Positions 28,355 to 38,411 of a DNA stretch of 64,000 nucleotides are shown here, in pieces; position 1 is the stretch's first letter, and every line of letters begins with the position of its first letter. This stretch comes from an uncultured Gemmatimonadaceae bacterium. GTDB taxonomy: Bacteria > Gemmatimonadota > Gemmatimonadetes > Gemmatimonadales > Gemmatimonadaceae. The stretch lies in contig CAWBOC010000009.1 in the NCBI GenBank assembly GCA_963790305.1, forward strand, positions 832,001 through 896,000, written 5' to 3'. Made by a program: the position numbers and the translations under genes. The notes beneath the pieces were generated by a model that had not been told where the DNA came from, did not search any database, and saw only the letters and a program-made list of their open reading frames with translations.

Positions 28355-28861
28355 TCAGCCGCCGTCGGACTGCGCCACGGGAAAGATCAAGCACGTCGTC
28401 GTGCCGGAGGCGAGCAGGTCACCGTTCGAGTCAGTGAGACGACCTTCTGCCGACGCGATGCGCCCACCACGCGAAAGGACCTTCCCCTCGATCCTCACTT
28501 CACCCGTTCGGTGAGTGATGGGCTTGTGAAACGCGATCTTGATCTCGAGGCTCGTGTAGCCTTCCCCCGCCTTGAGCGTCGAGTGAACCGCACAGCCCAT
28601 GGCGGTGTCGAGTAGCGTCGAGGCGTAGCCGCCGTGAATGGACCCGATGGGATTGTAGAATCGCTCGTCAGGCAGGGCGCGGAAGAGAATCCGCCCAACC
28701 TCGACCTCGACAGGCGCAATCGGTATCACCGCCGCCATCGGCGGCAGCGGATAGCGTCCTTCCCCCATCCCCTTCAGGAACTCGAGGCCGGGCTGAGCGA
28801 GAACTTCTTTCAGCGACACGAGGCCCACCTGTAAACCGGTCAGCGGATTCACCGCTGGCAT
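28355..28861 (-). CDS. PaaI family thioesterase
   Basis: YNPIGSIHGGYASTLLDTAMGCAV; AGGAGG RBS. Confidence 0.9.
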   Translation of the reverse strand: MPAVNPLTGLQVGLVSLKEVLAQPGLEFLKGMGEGRYPLPPMAAVIPIAPVEVEVGRILFRALPDERFYNPIGSIHGGYASTLLDTAMGCAVHSTLKAGEGYTSLEIKIAFHKPITHRTGEVRIEGKVLSRGGRIASAEGRLTDSNGDLLASGTTTCLIFPVAQSDGG

Positions 28862-28907
28862 GCAACCTCCTTGGGAGCGACGCCTGTTCTGCGTACAACG
28901 CTTACCG

Positions 28908-29372
28908 CTAACGCTGCGCAGCTCGCTGCGGGTTCCAGGTATGCACCTCCTCGCGCGCCTTCGTGGCCCACGCGTACAGGGCGTCGTACACCACGAAGCC
29001 GTGCCGGAGCTGCTCGTGGTCGTCTGCGTAGAGTTGGGACAGGCCGAGCGAGATGGCCAACAGCCCCGCGCACTCCGGGGCGAGATCCAGCCGTGCCGTA
29101 TCAGCGCCGCGCACGATCGTCGCCACAACCGCCAGCGCCGGGTCGTCGAGCGCGTACTTCACGAGGAACGCATCGAAGCTGCACCGCGGGCCGTCGTGTG
29201 AAAGCTCCACCCCTTCGACATCATAGGGTATCGCACCACGCTCGGCGGCCACTCGCGTGACCTCGGCCGCCGGCACGAACAGGAACTCCGCCTCCCGATC
29301 GATGAAGCGGCGGATCAACCAGGGACACGCGACGCGGTCGATCTTTGGACGCTCTCGCGTTATCCACCGCAT
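28908..29372 (-). CDS. chromate-resistance protein (ChrB C-terminal domain only, ChrF-like)
   Basis: MRWITRERPKIDRVACPWLIRRFID, CSFD, YDALY. Confidence 0.85.
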   Translation of the reverse strand: MRWITRERPKIDRVACPWLIRRFIDREAEFLFVPAAEVTRVAAERGAIPYDVEGVELSHDGPRCSFDAFLVKYALDDPALAVVATIVRGADTARLDLAPECAGLLAISLGLSQLYADDHEQLRHGFVVYDALYAWATKAREEVHTWNPQRAAQR

Positions 29373-29406
29373 GGGTACCTCCGCGAATGGAGACCTCGCG
29401 CGGCAA

Positions 29407-30396
29407 TCACTTCCCTCTCCGCGCCGCCCGCGTGCGGCGCTTCCGCGACCCGCTTCGAGAAAGAGCCTGGGAAAACCCCTCGTAGATCCCATCGAACAGC
29501 GCGATGCCATGGGCTTCACGGTCGGCGTCCGAACGCTTCGCCCACCCTCGAAGAACGGCTTCGACGCCCGGCACCTCGGGACGGACATACCGACCGTCGC
29601 GAAGGTCGATTTCATGGACGATCTCCGCGACCGCGTTCATGGCCGAGTCCTCCAGGCCCAACGCTCTGATCATCGTCTCGAACGTGCACAGGTTGCCGAG
29701 ATGACTGAACTGCCCTTCGCTCATGTCGAAGGGCTCCTCCTCCGGTAAGGGGGCAGTCGAATACCGGATCTCGGCGTGCGCGTTGATGAACCGCCGTATC
29801 AGCCACGCACAGGCCAACCGGTCGACATACGGGTCGGGTCGCGTGACCCAGCGTTTGTGGCGAAACGAGGAGCGTGAGACGGGAGCCACGCGCACGTGCT
29901 CCGGACGGCGGGCCGCGAGCGCCTCTTCGATTTTCGCGAATCGTGAAGTGAGGAGCGCTCCCGCCCGAGATCCGAAGAAATCGATCCGCGCGACCTCTCC
30001 GTGCTCCTGCCTGAGCCTGGCCAGAAGCTCGCGCAGCGGCGTCTCATCCTTCGGATCGCGCCTTCGCGATCGGGCGAGCGTCTGCTCGAGCTCGGTTACG
30101 CGCTCGCCAAGCGTCGCGTAATCCTCCCGTCGCGCCTCCTGGAAGAGCGCGACGAGCTGGGCGTCGCTCATCCCTTCGAAGCGCTCGACGCGCATGAGCA
30201 GCGCCTCCCCCTTGGCCCGTTCGACTTCTTGCGCGAGCCATTGGAAGGCCTCGACGCACTCGTCACGCTCCGGGAGCACGTAAATGCTTCCTTTGGGGGA
30301 CACGGCGCCCAACGCGCGCAGACGGCGCCACACGGCGACCCGCGCGCTCGACCGCCCGGCGGACGGCAAGGAGTAGGAGAAAACGATCCAGGACAT
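29407..30396 (-). CDS. chrB: chromate-responsive regulator ChrB
   Basis: RVAVWRRLRALGA N-domain, IDFF, WVTRPDPYVDRLACAWLIRRFI, CTFE. Confidence 0.88.
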   Translation of the reverse strand: MSWIVFSYSLPSAGRSSARVAVWRRLRALGAVSPKGSIYVLPERDECVEAFQWLAQEVERAKGEALLMRVERFEGMSDAQLVALFQEARREDYATLGERVTELEQTLARSRRRDPKDETPLRELLARLRQEHGEVARIDFFGSRAGALLTSRFAKIEEALAARRPEHVRVAPVSRSSFRHKRWVTRPDPYVDRLACAWLIRRFINAHAEIRYSTAPLPEEEPFDMSEGQFSHLGNLCTFETMIRALGLEDSAMNAVAEIVHEIDLRDGRYVRPEVPGVEAVLRGWAKRSDADREAHGIALFDGIYEGFSQALSRSGSRKRRTRAARRGK

Positions 30397-30410
30397 GCGC
30401 GTGTTGACGA

Positions 30411-30450
30411 GTGTAACATCCGTCGCTACTCTGTGCAATAGATGTTACAC
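30411..30450. promoter_or_regulatory. candidate ChrB operator
   Basis: perfect 10-bp inverted repeat GTGTAACATC-N20-GATGTTACAC in the divergent chrB/chrC gap. Confidence 0.6.
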
Positions 30451-30470
30451 GCGCAGACTGGAGTGACCCC

Positions 30471-31457
30471 GTGCCACACGTGCTGATACCGATCCCCTGC
30501 AGGCCGTGGATGCTGAACGGACTGTCGGAGCGTCTGGTCGTCAGCCATTACGAGAACGAGTATGGGGCCGCGGTGCGGTGTCTGAACGCCATTCAGGAGG
30601 CACTGGCCACCATCGACTTCGAGGCTGCGCCCTCGTACCAGCTGCGGGCGATGAAGCAGGAGGAGCTCGCGGCGCTGGGCTCGGTCGTGCTCCACGAGTT
30701 GTATTTCGGCGCCCTGGGTGGTGACGGTGGCGTCGTCTTCACCGGCTCGGGGCCCGGCATGAAGATCGGGGAGGTCGTATCGTCGGCGTTGGAGGAGCAG
30801 TTCGGCGGCGTCGCCGCGTGGCGTCGCGAGTTCGTCGCACTCGCCCACGCCCTTACCGGCGGCCCCGGGTGGGTCGTGTTGTGCTACGCACGGGGAGAGC
30901 GGCGCCTCTATAACCAGATCGCGTTCGATCACAGCCACGCCATGATCAATGCGGTCCCGCTGCTCGCGCTCGACATGTACGAGCACGCGTACCACATCGA
31001 TTTCGGCGCAAACGCCTCCGCGTACATCGACGCGTTCATGCGCAACATCGACTGGAGCGTGGTCAGCGACCGCCTGGTGGCGGCACGCGGCAATGGCGCA
31101 CACACGCAAGCAAGCCAGGGCCGGGATGATTCGGTGCCGTCGGTCTCAGTCGAGGAGCTGGCAGCGGAACGTGCACGAGGGGAGCGCATCCAGGTGCTCG
31201 ACGCACGCCCCAAACACTATTTCTCCCGCAGCAGCGACATGATGGAAGGAGCGACGTGGCGGGACCCGGATCGCGTCGACGAGTGGTCTCGAGAGCTCTC
31301 GCCGGACGCGCCCGTCGTGGTGTACTGCGCCTACGGATACTCGGTCGGCTGTGACCTCACGGCGAGGCTCCGGGAGCGCGGGTTCGACGCGAAATACGTT
31401 CGCGGCGGACTGGCTGCGTGGTACGCGGCCGGGGGCGAGCGTGCCTTGAAGCGTTAG
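30471..31457 (+). CDS. chrC: Fe/Mn superoxide dismutase (ChrC-like) fused to a rhodanese domain (ChrE-like)
   Basis: SHYENEYG, VLHELYF, DMYEHAY.IDFG, then VLDAR, VVYCAYG, YVRGGLAAW. Confidence 0.85.
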   Translation: MPHVLIPIPCRPWMLNGLSERLVVSHYENEYGAAVRCLNAIQEALATIDFEAAPSYQLRAMKQEELAALGSVVLHELYFGALGGDGGVVFTGSGPGMKIGEVVSSALEEQFGGVAAWRREFVALAHALTGGPGWVVLCYARGERRLYNQIAFDHSHAMINAVPLLALDMYEHAYHIDFGANASAYIDAFMRNIDWSVVSDRLVAARGNGAHTQASQGRDDSVPSVSVEELAAERARGERIQVLDARPKHYFSRSSDMMEGATWRDPDRVDEWSRELSPDAPVVVYCAYGYSVGCDLTARLRERGFDAKYVRGGLAAWYAAGGERALKR

Positions 31458-31503
31458 AGCGCGGGCGGGAGGCCTGCATGAAATTCCTTCGAACCGTTGC
31501 GAC

Positions 31504-32655
31504 TCAGAGCGCGACGCTCAACGCCTCTGTCAGCTCATCGTCGGTGAGCGTGATCGGATTCCCCTGCATGCTGCTGGCGCGGCGCGCCTGATCGACGATC
31601 CGGAGAATGTCACCGTCCGTCACGCCGTACGACGCGAGCCGAGGTATCGCCATCGCCTCGACGAGCTCCCCCATCCACGCTACCCCGTCCTCGGCTTGAG
31701 CGTTCGCATCGCCCGTAAGAACTCGGGCGATCTCCTCGTATCGCTCGAGCGCCGGAGATCCAGGTGCGCGCGCCTCGAGGGCCCGCACGTTGGCCTCCAC
31801 GATCGGAGCGAGCAAGCGCGCACACGCGACACCATGCGGGATAGGAAACATTCCACCTAACGGGGCCGCGAATCCGTGGACAGCGCCGAGCTTCGCGTTC
31901 GCCAGCGCGAGGCCGCCGCACAGGCTCGCAACCGCCATATCGCGCCGCGCCTCCACGTTGCCGCCATCGGCGTAGGCCCGACGCAGGCCGCCCGCCGCCC
32001 GCCGCATCCCCTCACGCGCAACGGCGTCGCTGAGCGGATTCGCGTACGGCGTGACGAATGGCTCGATACACTGCGTCAACGCATCGAGCCCGGTGCTGGC
32101 GGTAACGGCTGGCGGAAGCGTGTAGGTGAGCTCGGGATCGATCAGCGCGACCGCGGGGAGCATGAGCGGGCTGCGAAGGCTCACCTTTACCCGCGCCTCC
32201 TCGACCATCAGGACGGCGTTTCGCGTGACCTCTGCACCGGTTCCCGCGGTGGTCGGGATCGCGATGAAGGGAGCCGGCCGTTTGGTGAGCGGTCGTCCCT
32301 CGCCAACGACCTCGAGGTAATGGTGCAGCGGCGCGGAGTTGGTGAGCAGCGCAGCGACCGCTTTCCCCGCATCGATGACGCTCCCGCCGCCGAGCGCGAC
32401 TACGACATCGCATCGCTCGGCGCGCGCGCTCTCGACGCCGCACTCGATCAGCGAAATCGTCGGCTCTCCCGAGACGCGCAGCGCCGTCGTCGCAATACCA
32501 CGCGCGCGCAACATCTCCACCAGAGGCGCGGCGCGATCCGAGCTCCCCTGTGCGACGAGCGCTCGCGAGCCCATGCTCGCCACTAGCTCACCGGCTTCGC
32601 GAAGTCGCTTTTCGCCGAAGAGGATTCGCGTCGGAGACGCGAACTCGAAATTCAC
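31504..32655 (-). CDS. iron-containing alcohol dehydrogenase
   Basis: [30 protein letters not shown]. Confidence 0.9.
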   Translation of the reverse strand: MNFEFASPTRILFGEKRLREAGELVASMGSRALVAQGSSDRAAPLVEMLRARGIATTALRVSGEPTISLIECGVESARAERCDVVVALGGGSVIDAGKAVAALLTNSAPLHHYLEVVGEGRPLTKRPAPFIAIPTTAGTGAEVTRNAVLMVEEARVKVSLRSPLMLPAVALIDPELTYTLPPAVTASTGLDALTQCIEPFVTPYANPLSDAVAREGMRRAAGGLRRAYADGGNVEARRDMAVASLCGGLALANAKLGAVHGFAAPLGGMFPIPHGVACARLLAPIVEANVRALEARAPGSPALERYEEIARVLTGDANAQAEDGVAWMGELVEAMAIPRLASYGVTDGDILRIVDQARRASSMQGNPITLTDDELTEALSVAL

Positions 32656-32969
32656 CGAGGCATCTCCCACGCATCCGGCTCCGGAAAGAGCGCGCGGTAC
32701 TTCACACTCCGACGCGGCTCGGCCATCATCGACTCTGCCACATCGCGCCACGCTGCGTAGTGCGCGGTCTCCTTGTGGCGTGCCGGGTCCTGCGGGGTAC
32801 GGTAGACCTCGACCAGAACGAAGCGCGTCGGGTCGTCCTCCTGCTGGATGACGTCGAACCGCACCACCCCCGGCTCGCGGACGCTGTTACGCGCGTTCTC
32901 GCGAGTAGCAGCGATGAACCGATCCACCGCTTCCGGCTTTACGTGTATGAAAACGTGGACGATGAGCAT
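32652..32969 (-). CDS. antibiotic biosynthesis monooxygenase (LsrG-like)
   Basis: VKPE..F......NA..SVREPG..RFDV, HKETAHY. Confidence 0.85.
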   Translation of the reverse strand: MLIVHVFIHVKPEAVDRFIAATRENARNSVREPGVVRFDVIQQEDDPTRFVLVEVYRTPQDPARHKETAHYAAWRDVAESMMAEPRRSVKYRALFPEPDAWEMPR

Positions 32970-33040
32970 GCGTACCTCGCCGGACCGTTGAGCTCTCACG
33001 AACGTACCCGCGACGACACCGAGTACAAGGGAAGCGTGCC

Positions 33041-33997
33041 ATGACAGACTCGCTACGCCATGCTCGTGGCTCGATCATCCTCGGGTTGACCGCGGTCCTT
33101 CTCGCGGTTGCCTGCCGGGGTGGGGATCGCGCCGATCCAGACTTCCGGGCAGAGGTCGCGAATCCGGCGTACGCGAGCGAGGGTCCTCGCGTTCTGTTCG
33201 ACGAGGCGCACAACAATCACCACCGGGCAGCGTCGACGTACCGGCCATTCACGAAGCTGCTCGAAGCCGACGGCTACCGCGTGGTGCGCGGCAGAGATCC
33301 GGTGACCGCCGAGACGTTGCAGAGCATCGATGTGCTCGTGATTGCCGGAGCGCTGGGAAGGAACGAGCGAAACGACGATGCGGCGTTTCTTTCGCAGGAA
33401 GTGGAGGCGATCCAGAAGTGGGTGTCGGACGGAGGTGCCTTACTGCTCATCACCGATCACTACCCATTCGGTGACGCCGCCGAGACGCTTGCCGAGCGCC
33501 TTGGCATCGTCATGACCAAGGGGGTCGTGGAAGACACAGCGAACTACGATCCATCGTTCGAACCGACTCATATCGTGTATTCCAGGTCGAATGGCGGTGT
33601 GGTCGAGCACCCCATCACCCGCGGCCGCACTCCATCCGAGACGATTCAGCGCGTTCTGACATTCACCGGCCAGGGAGTGACCGCACCTCGATCCGGCGTG
33701 GGCTTCCTCAGGCTAACGGCCACGGCCGTTGCCCGTCCGGCGGAGCCGCTCGTGGAGCGCGAAGGCGGTGACGTGCGCGTGCACGTCAAGTATGGAGCAC
33801 CCACGCCGGCCGAATCGTATGCGCAGGGGCTGGCGCTGAGTCACGGTCAGGGCCGGATCGTGGTGCTTGGGGAGGCCGCCATGCTCACCGCTCAGCTGAG
33901 GCGGTTCGACGGGCTGTCGATCGGCATGACGACGCCCGGTTACGACAACCGCCAGCTGGCGCTCAACATCATGCACTGGCTGACCAGGCTGATCTGA
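33041..33997 (+). CDS. lipoprotein with class-I glutamine-amidotransferase-like (DUF4350-type) fold
   Basis: AVAC lipobox-like; [45 protein letters not shown]. Confidence 0.65.
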   Translation: MTDSLRHARGSIILGLTAVLLAVACRGGDRADPDFRAEVANPAYASEGPRVLFDEAHNNHHRAASTYRPFTKLLEADGYRVVRGRDPVTAETLQSIDVLVIAGALGRNERNDDAAFLSQEVEAIQKWVSDGGALLLITDHYPFGDAAETLAERLGIVMTKGVVEDTANYDPSFEPTHIVYSRSNGGVVEHPITRGRTPSETIQRVLTFTGQGVTAPRSGVGFLRLTATAVARPAEPLVEREGGDVRVHVKYGAPTPAESYAQGLALSHGQGRIVVLGEAAMLTAQLRRFDGLSIGMTTPGYDNRQLALNIMHWLTRLI

Positions 33998-34023
33998 TCC
34001 ACCGAGCGTTGCGGCTTCCGCGG

Positions 34024-34704
34024 CTACGCGCGTAATCGCTCGATGATCGCCGCGACGTGCAGCCCCGTGGTATCGAGCACCGGCAAGTCGGCGATCGTCG
34101 GATCGCGCATCAGCAAGGGAAGCTCCGTCCCTCCCAGAATGACGCCGTCGATCCCCTTCGCATCGCGAAGGCGCTCAGCCAACGCAATCACACCGCGCCT
34201 TGTCTCGTCCCGCAGGTCACCCTTCACCAGCTCATTCACATAGCGATCGTGCATCCAGTCGCGGTCTCGCTCGGGGGGAACGACGATCTCAATGCCATGC
34301 CGCTGTGCCGCCTCTGGATAGAGCCGCGCCTGCATGAGCCACCGCGTTCCGAGAATGCCCAGCCGCTTCAGGCCCAGGCGTCGAGCCTCCTCAATGCACA
34401 CGTCGACGATATTGACGAGCGGGATGGGAGAGCGCTTGGCAACCTTGTCGAACACGAGGTGAGTCGTATTCGACGTAATCGCCCCGAAGCTCACGCCAGC
34501 CCCGTGCAGGCGATGCAGCGACTCGAGGATGTACTCGGTCAATGCCGGGCGGTCGTGCTCCACCAGACGCATCGCAACCTTGTCGTCCAGGCTATCGATG
34601 ACGATCGACGGTGACGAGAGCGGTTCCTCGCGCCGCCACTCGTAGATGAGGCGCCGGTAGTAGTCGAGAGTCGACTCAGGGCCCAGTCCGCCGACGAGCC
34701 CCAC
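34024..34704 (-). CDS. aspartate/glutamate racemase family protein
   Basis: GLVGGLGPEST..YY, SNTTH, LGILGT, ILGGTELPL; start uncertain. Confidence 0.8.
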   Translation of the reverse strand: MGLVGGLGPESTLDYYRRLIYEWRREEPLSSPSIVIDSLDDKVAMRLVEHDRPALTEYILESLHRLHGAGVSFGAITSNTTHLVFDKVAKRSPIPLVNIVDVCIEEARRLGLKRLGILGTRWLMQARLYPEAAQRHGIEIVVPPERDRDWMHDRYVNELVKGDLRDETRRGVIALAERLRDAKGIDGVILGGTELPLLMRDPTIADLPVLDTTGLHVAAIIERLRA

Positions 34705-34730
34705 CCTGGCCAGGCGTGGCCGCCCCGCGC

Positions 34731-36143
34731 CTACGATGTGCGCCTCGCGATGCGAAGGATCGCCTCGACCGACCTGTCGACATCAGCCTCGGTCGTCGCC
34801 CACGAGATCACGCTCACGCGCATCGCGGTCTTCCCCTGCCACACCGTGACGCCGCACCAGCAGGTGCCATCCTCCTGAATCGCCGCGATCACCTTCCGCG
34901 TGCGCTCGGGATCGCCAAACGAGACGAGCACCTGGTTCAGCACGACGTCATTCAACACCGGAAACCCCGCGGCCGTGAACGCATCGGCGAATCGGCGCGC
35001 CTGGCGACAGTTGCGCTCGACGAGATCGGCCAGCCCCGAGCGACCTAACGACCGGAGCACCGCCCACACGTCGACGCCGCGAGGCCGACGCGACATCTCA
35101 GGCGTGTAGTCGGAGAGATTCGCGAACTCCGTCCCGCTGGGCAGGTACGCCGCGCTCGTGGACATCGCCCGCCGCAGCGCCTCCCCTTCCCTCACGATCG
35201 CAATGCCACAGTCGTACGGCGTATTCAACCACTTGTGCCCGTCCGTAGCCCAGGAGTCGGCGAGATCGATTCCATCGGCGAGGTGAGCGCGCGCCGGCGC
35301 AACCCGGGCCCACAGACCGAAGGCCCCATCGACGTGAATCCACGTCGGCGCCCGGGATTCCTTCACGCGCACCGCGATCTCGCGGAACGGATCGAACGCA
35401 CCGGTATTCACGTTCCCCGCCTGCAAGCACACGATGGTGGGACCGGCAATCTCCGGCAGCGAGTCGGCGCGCATGCGCCCCTGCGAGTCCGCCGGCACCG
35501 TCACCACCCGGTCGCGCCCCAGCCCAATGATCCCGAGCGCCTTGAACAACGACGGGTGCGCCTCGGCACCAACGATGACCGTGATCGGCGGCGCACCGAA
35601 CAGCCCGTCGGCCTCGACGTCCCATCCCACCCGCGCGAGCAGCGACGACCGCGCAGCGGCGAGCCCCGCGACGTGCGCCATTGTCGTCCCGGTGACGAAG
35701 GCGCCGGCGCTTTCCGGTGGAAGGCCAAGCAGCTCGATCGTCCACCGGAGCGCGACCTGCTCGATCTTCGTCCCCGCTGGCCCCAGCACCCAGAACCCGC
35801 CATGCTGCGCCCACGCCGTCGACAGCCAGTTGGCGGCAACTGCCGCTGGCAACCCCGACCCGTTGACGAAACCGAAAAACCGTGGTCCGGCGATCGCCGT
35901 CGTCGCCGGCGAGGCAAGCCGGTCCAGCTCGTCCACGATCTCCTCTGGCGCGATCGGATGCTCCTGGAGGGGAACGTCGAAGGCGCTCAGCGGCGCGAGC
36001 GCGTCACGCGAGGGGAACACTCGCCGCTCATCGATCCCGCTGAGATAGCGCGTCGCACGCTCAGCGACGTCAGCCAGAAGGCGCGAATCCTCGTACGCCT
36101 CGCGCAGCGGGCTTTTTACTCGATATTCAGCCGTCGTCGACAT
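34731..36143 (-). CDS. group II PLP-dependent amino-acid decarboxylase
   Basis: WIHVDGAFG, DSWATDGHKWLNTPYDCG. Confidence 0.9.
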   Translation of the reverse strand: MSTTAEYRVKSPLREAYEDSRLLADVAERATRYLSGIDERRVFPSRDALAPLSAFDVPLQEHPIAPEEIVDELDRLASPATTAIAGPRFFGFVNGSGLPAAVAANWLSTAWAQHGGFWVLGPAGTKIEQVALRWTIELLGLPPESAGAFVTGTTMAHVAGLAAARSSLLARVGWDVEADGLFGAPPITVIVGAEAHPSLFKALGIIGLGRDRVVTVPADSQGRMRADSLPEIAGPTIVCLQAGNVNTGAFDPFREIAVRVKESRAPTWIHVDGAFGLWARVAPARAHLADGIDLADSWATDGHKWLNTPYDCGIAIVREGEALRRAMSTSAAYLPSGTEFANLSDYTPEMSRRPRGVDVWAVLRSLGRSGLADLVERNCRQARRFADAFTAAGFPVLNDVVLNQVLVSFGDPERTRKVIAAIQEDGTCWCGVTVWQGKTAMRVSVISWATTEADVDRSVEAILRIARRTS

Positions 36144-36199
36144 TGTGGCATAGGGTTGGTGGGAACCAAAACTTGGCTCCATTCGCTCGCGAAGGGCAG

Positions 36200-36212
36200 T
36201 GAAATTCGTTCA
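36200..36212. promoter_or_regulatory. LysR/MetR-type box
   Basis: TGAAATTCGTTCA = TGAA-N5-TTCA (T-N11-A) upstream of the decarboxylase and divergent from a MetR-like LysR. Confidence 0.55.
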
Positions 36213-36267
36213 ACTCTAGGCTGTGCGATTTCAATGGGTGGGCTGGGTTGGTATCCCCCATGTTTTC

Positions 36268-36374
36268 TTACCGCAGAGGTCGCAGAGGACGCAGAGGAAC
36301 GTCAACCGCAAATGCTTTTGAAAAGCCTCTGCCAGTTGAAGTTGCCTCTGCGTTCTCTGCGACCTCTGCGGTAA
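36268..36374. repeat. family A hairpin (A2)
   Basis: 36268-36297 versus 36345-36374 inverted 29/30; central GCTTTTGAAAAGC. Confidence 0.95.
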
Positions 36375-36415
36375 AATGCCGTTGGCTTTGCTTTCACGCC
36401 TCCGCTGGAGCCCAC

Positions 36416-37351
36416 GTGAACATTGAAATCCGGCACCTTCGTCTCGTCGTCGCGATCGTCGACACCGGCACGCTCGCGCGCGCCGCCCGGCGGCTGCACC
36501 TCACACCGTCCGCGCTCAGCCATCAGCTCCGCGATCTCGAGACTCGGCTCCGCACTCCCCTCTTTCGGCGAGAGGATCGGCGCATGGTGCCAACCAATGC
36601 CGGCTCGTCGCTCCTTGCGGTCGCCCAGCGGGTGCTTGCCGATCTGGATCAGATGGAGACGGCGTTCCGCGCCGGCGACCATGCGTCGGCCGCGGGCACC
36701 ATCAGGATCACGACGCAATGCTACACCTGCTACCACTGGCTGCCGCGCATCATCGCCGACTTCGCCAAGGAGTGGCCCGACGTCACGATTCACATTGTGC
36801 CCGAAGCGACGCGGTCGCCGCACGAGGCGGTGAGCGACGCCCGCGTCGACGTGGCGATCGTCTACGATCACATCAATGCCGGATCGCTCCAGTACACGTT
36901 CCTGTTCGACAATGATCTCGTGGCCGTGATGTCGCCGAGCCACCCCTTGGCCAAGGCGGCTCTCGTGCATCCCAGCGAGTTGAGTGGGCAGCACCTCATC
37001 CTGTACGACATTTCCCCATCGGAGAGCTTCGTGCAGCGTCACATCCTGGGGCCTAACGCCGTCGCGCCCACCAAGCTGTCTCGGGTGCCACTCACCGAGG
37101 CAATCCTTGAGCTGGTACGCGCCAACCTCGGCATCTCGATCCTGGCGCGGTGGGCCGTCGCGCCCCAGATCGCGTCCGGGGAGCTCGTCGGCATTCCCCT
37201 CGATGCGCCCGGCGCACGACGTCGGTGGAGCGCGGCCCGGCGGATCGGCGGCCTTCACCCGCGCTTCGAGAACGCGTTCGTTGCCCTGTTATCGGGTGCG
37301 CTGCTCGAGGAACGATCGGGCGACAAGGCGCAGCCGCTGCGCCTCGCCTAA
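36416..37351 (+). CDS. LysR regulator, MetR-like
   Basis: IEIRHLRL..HTH LTPSALSHQLRDLE; TQCYTCYHWLP resembles MetR ECHSC..WL. Confidence 0.88.
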   Translation: MNIEIRHLRLVVAIVDTGTLARAARRLHLTPSALSHQLRDLETRLRTPLFRREDRRMVPTNAGSSLLAVAQRVLADLDQMETAFRAGDHASAAGTIRITTQCYTCYHWLPRIIADFAKEWPDVTIHIVPEATRSPHEAVSDARVDVAIVYDHINAGSLQYTFLFDNDLVAVMSPSHPLAKAALVHPSELSGQHLILYDISPSESFVQRHILGPNAVAPTKLSRVPLTEAILELVRANLGISILARWAVAPQIASGELVGIPLDAPGARRRWSAARRIGGLHPRFENAFVALLSGALLEERSGDKAQPLRLA

Positions 37352-37369
37352 CCCGCTACCTATCCAGTC

Positions 37370-38030
37370 ATGAGACGACTGATCAATGTCAGTCACGTTG
37401 TCGAGCACGGGATGATCACCTACAAGGGCTTCCCGGCGCCGGTGATCTGCGACTGGATGAGTCGCGAAGCGTCACGACAGAGGTACGCGGCGGGAACCGA
37501 GTTTCAGATCGGGAAGATCGAGAATGATCGCGAATACAGGGACGTACGTGGACAGCCCCTTTCATCGGTACGAGAACGGAAAGGATCTCGCCGAGCTGCC
37601 GCTGGAGTCGGTTGCGGAGCTGGACTGTCTCGTCGTGCGCGTTCGGCCGACAATGACATCCATTGATGAAGTCCCTCTTCCCGCCACGAAGGTGAAAGGA
37701 CGCGCGGTCCTCTTTCACACCAGCTGGGATCGCCACTTCCGCACCGACGCGTACTTCGAGGGCCATCCACACCTGACCGCCCGCGCGGCGGAGTGGCTCG
37801 TGAAGGCCGGCGCCGCGCTGGTGGGGATCGATTCTTTCAACATCGACAGTACGTCCACCGGAGAGCGTCCCGTGCACACGATCCTGCTCGGCCGCGAGAT
37901 CCCCATCTGCGAGCACATGCGCGGACTGGCGGCGGTACCCGACGATGGTGGGCGCTTCTCAGCCGTACCGGTGAAGGTCAAAGGCATGGGGACGTTCCCC
38001 GTGCGCGCCTACGTTTCGATACAGGACTGA
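37370..38030 (+). CDS. cyclase / kynurenine formamidase-like family; +1 frameshift near 37523
   Basis: MITYKGFP...FQIGKIE joins MIANTGTYVDSPFH, VGIDS, ICEHMRGL, FPVRA. Confidence 0.8.
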
Positions 38031-38034
38031 TCCA

Positions 38035-38409
38035 ATGACGACTCCCACGCGCTACACCATTGACTCGAACGTCGCGTTCGGATTCCTGTCGCTCATCGAT
38101 GTCGACAGGATTCGCCAGAGCGTGACGGAGGAATGGTTCAATCAAAGCTTGTGCGAAGTGAACGACTGCGTCGTGAGGCTCGGCGTCGTCCAGGGCGAGT
38201 TCCACTGGCACAAGCATGACAACGAAGATGAGTTCTTCTTCGTGGTCGACGGCCGGCTGATCATCGACCTGGAGGACCGCAGCGTGGAGCTCCTGCCGAA
38301 GCAAGGGTTCACCATACCAAAAGGGGTGGTGCACCGGACACGGGCTCCCGTTCGTACCGCCATGCTCATGGTCGAGGGCCGCACCGTCACGCCGACGGGC
38401 GACGGCTGA
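38035..38409 (+). CDS. cupin domain protein
   Basis: GEFHWHKHDNEDEFF, IPKGVVHRT. Confidence 0.88.
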   Translation: MTTPTRYTIDSNVAFGFLSLIDVDRIRQSVTEEWFNQSLCEVNDCVVRLGVVQGEFHWHKHDNEDEFFFVVDGRLIIDLEDRSVELLPKQGFTIPKGVVHRTRAPVRTAMLMVEGRTVTPTGDG

Positions 38410-38411
38410 GC

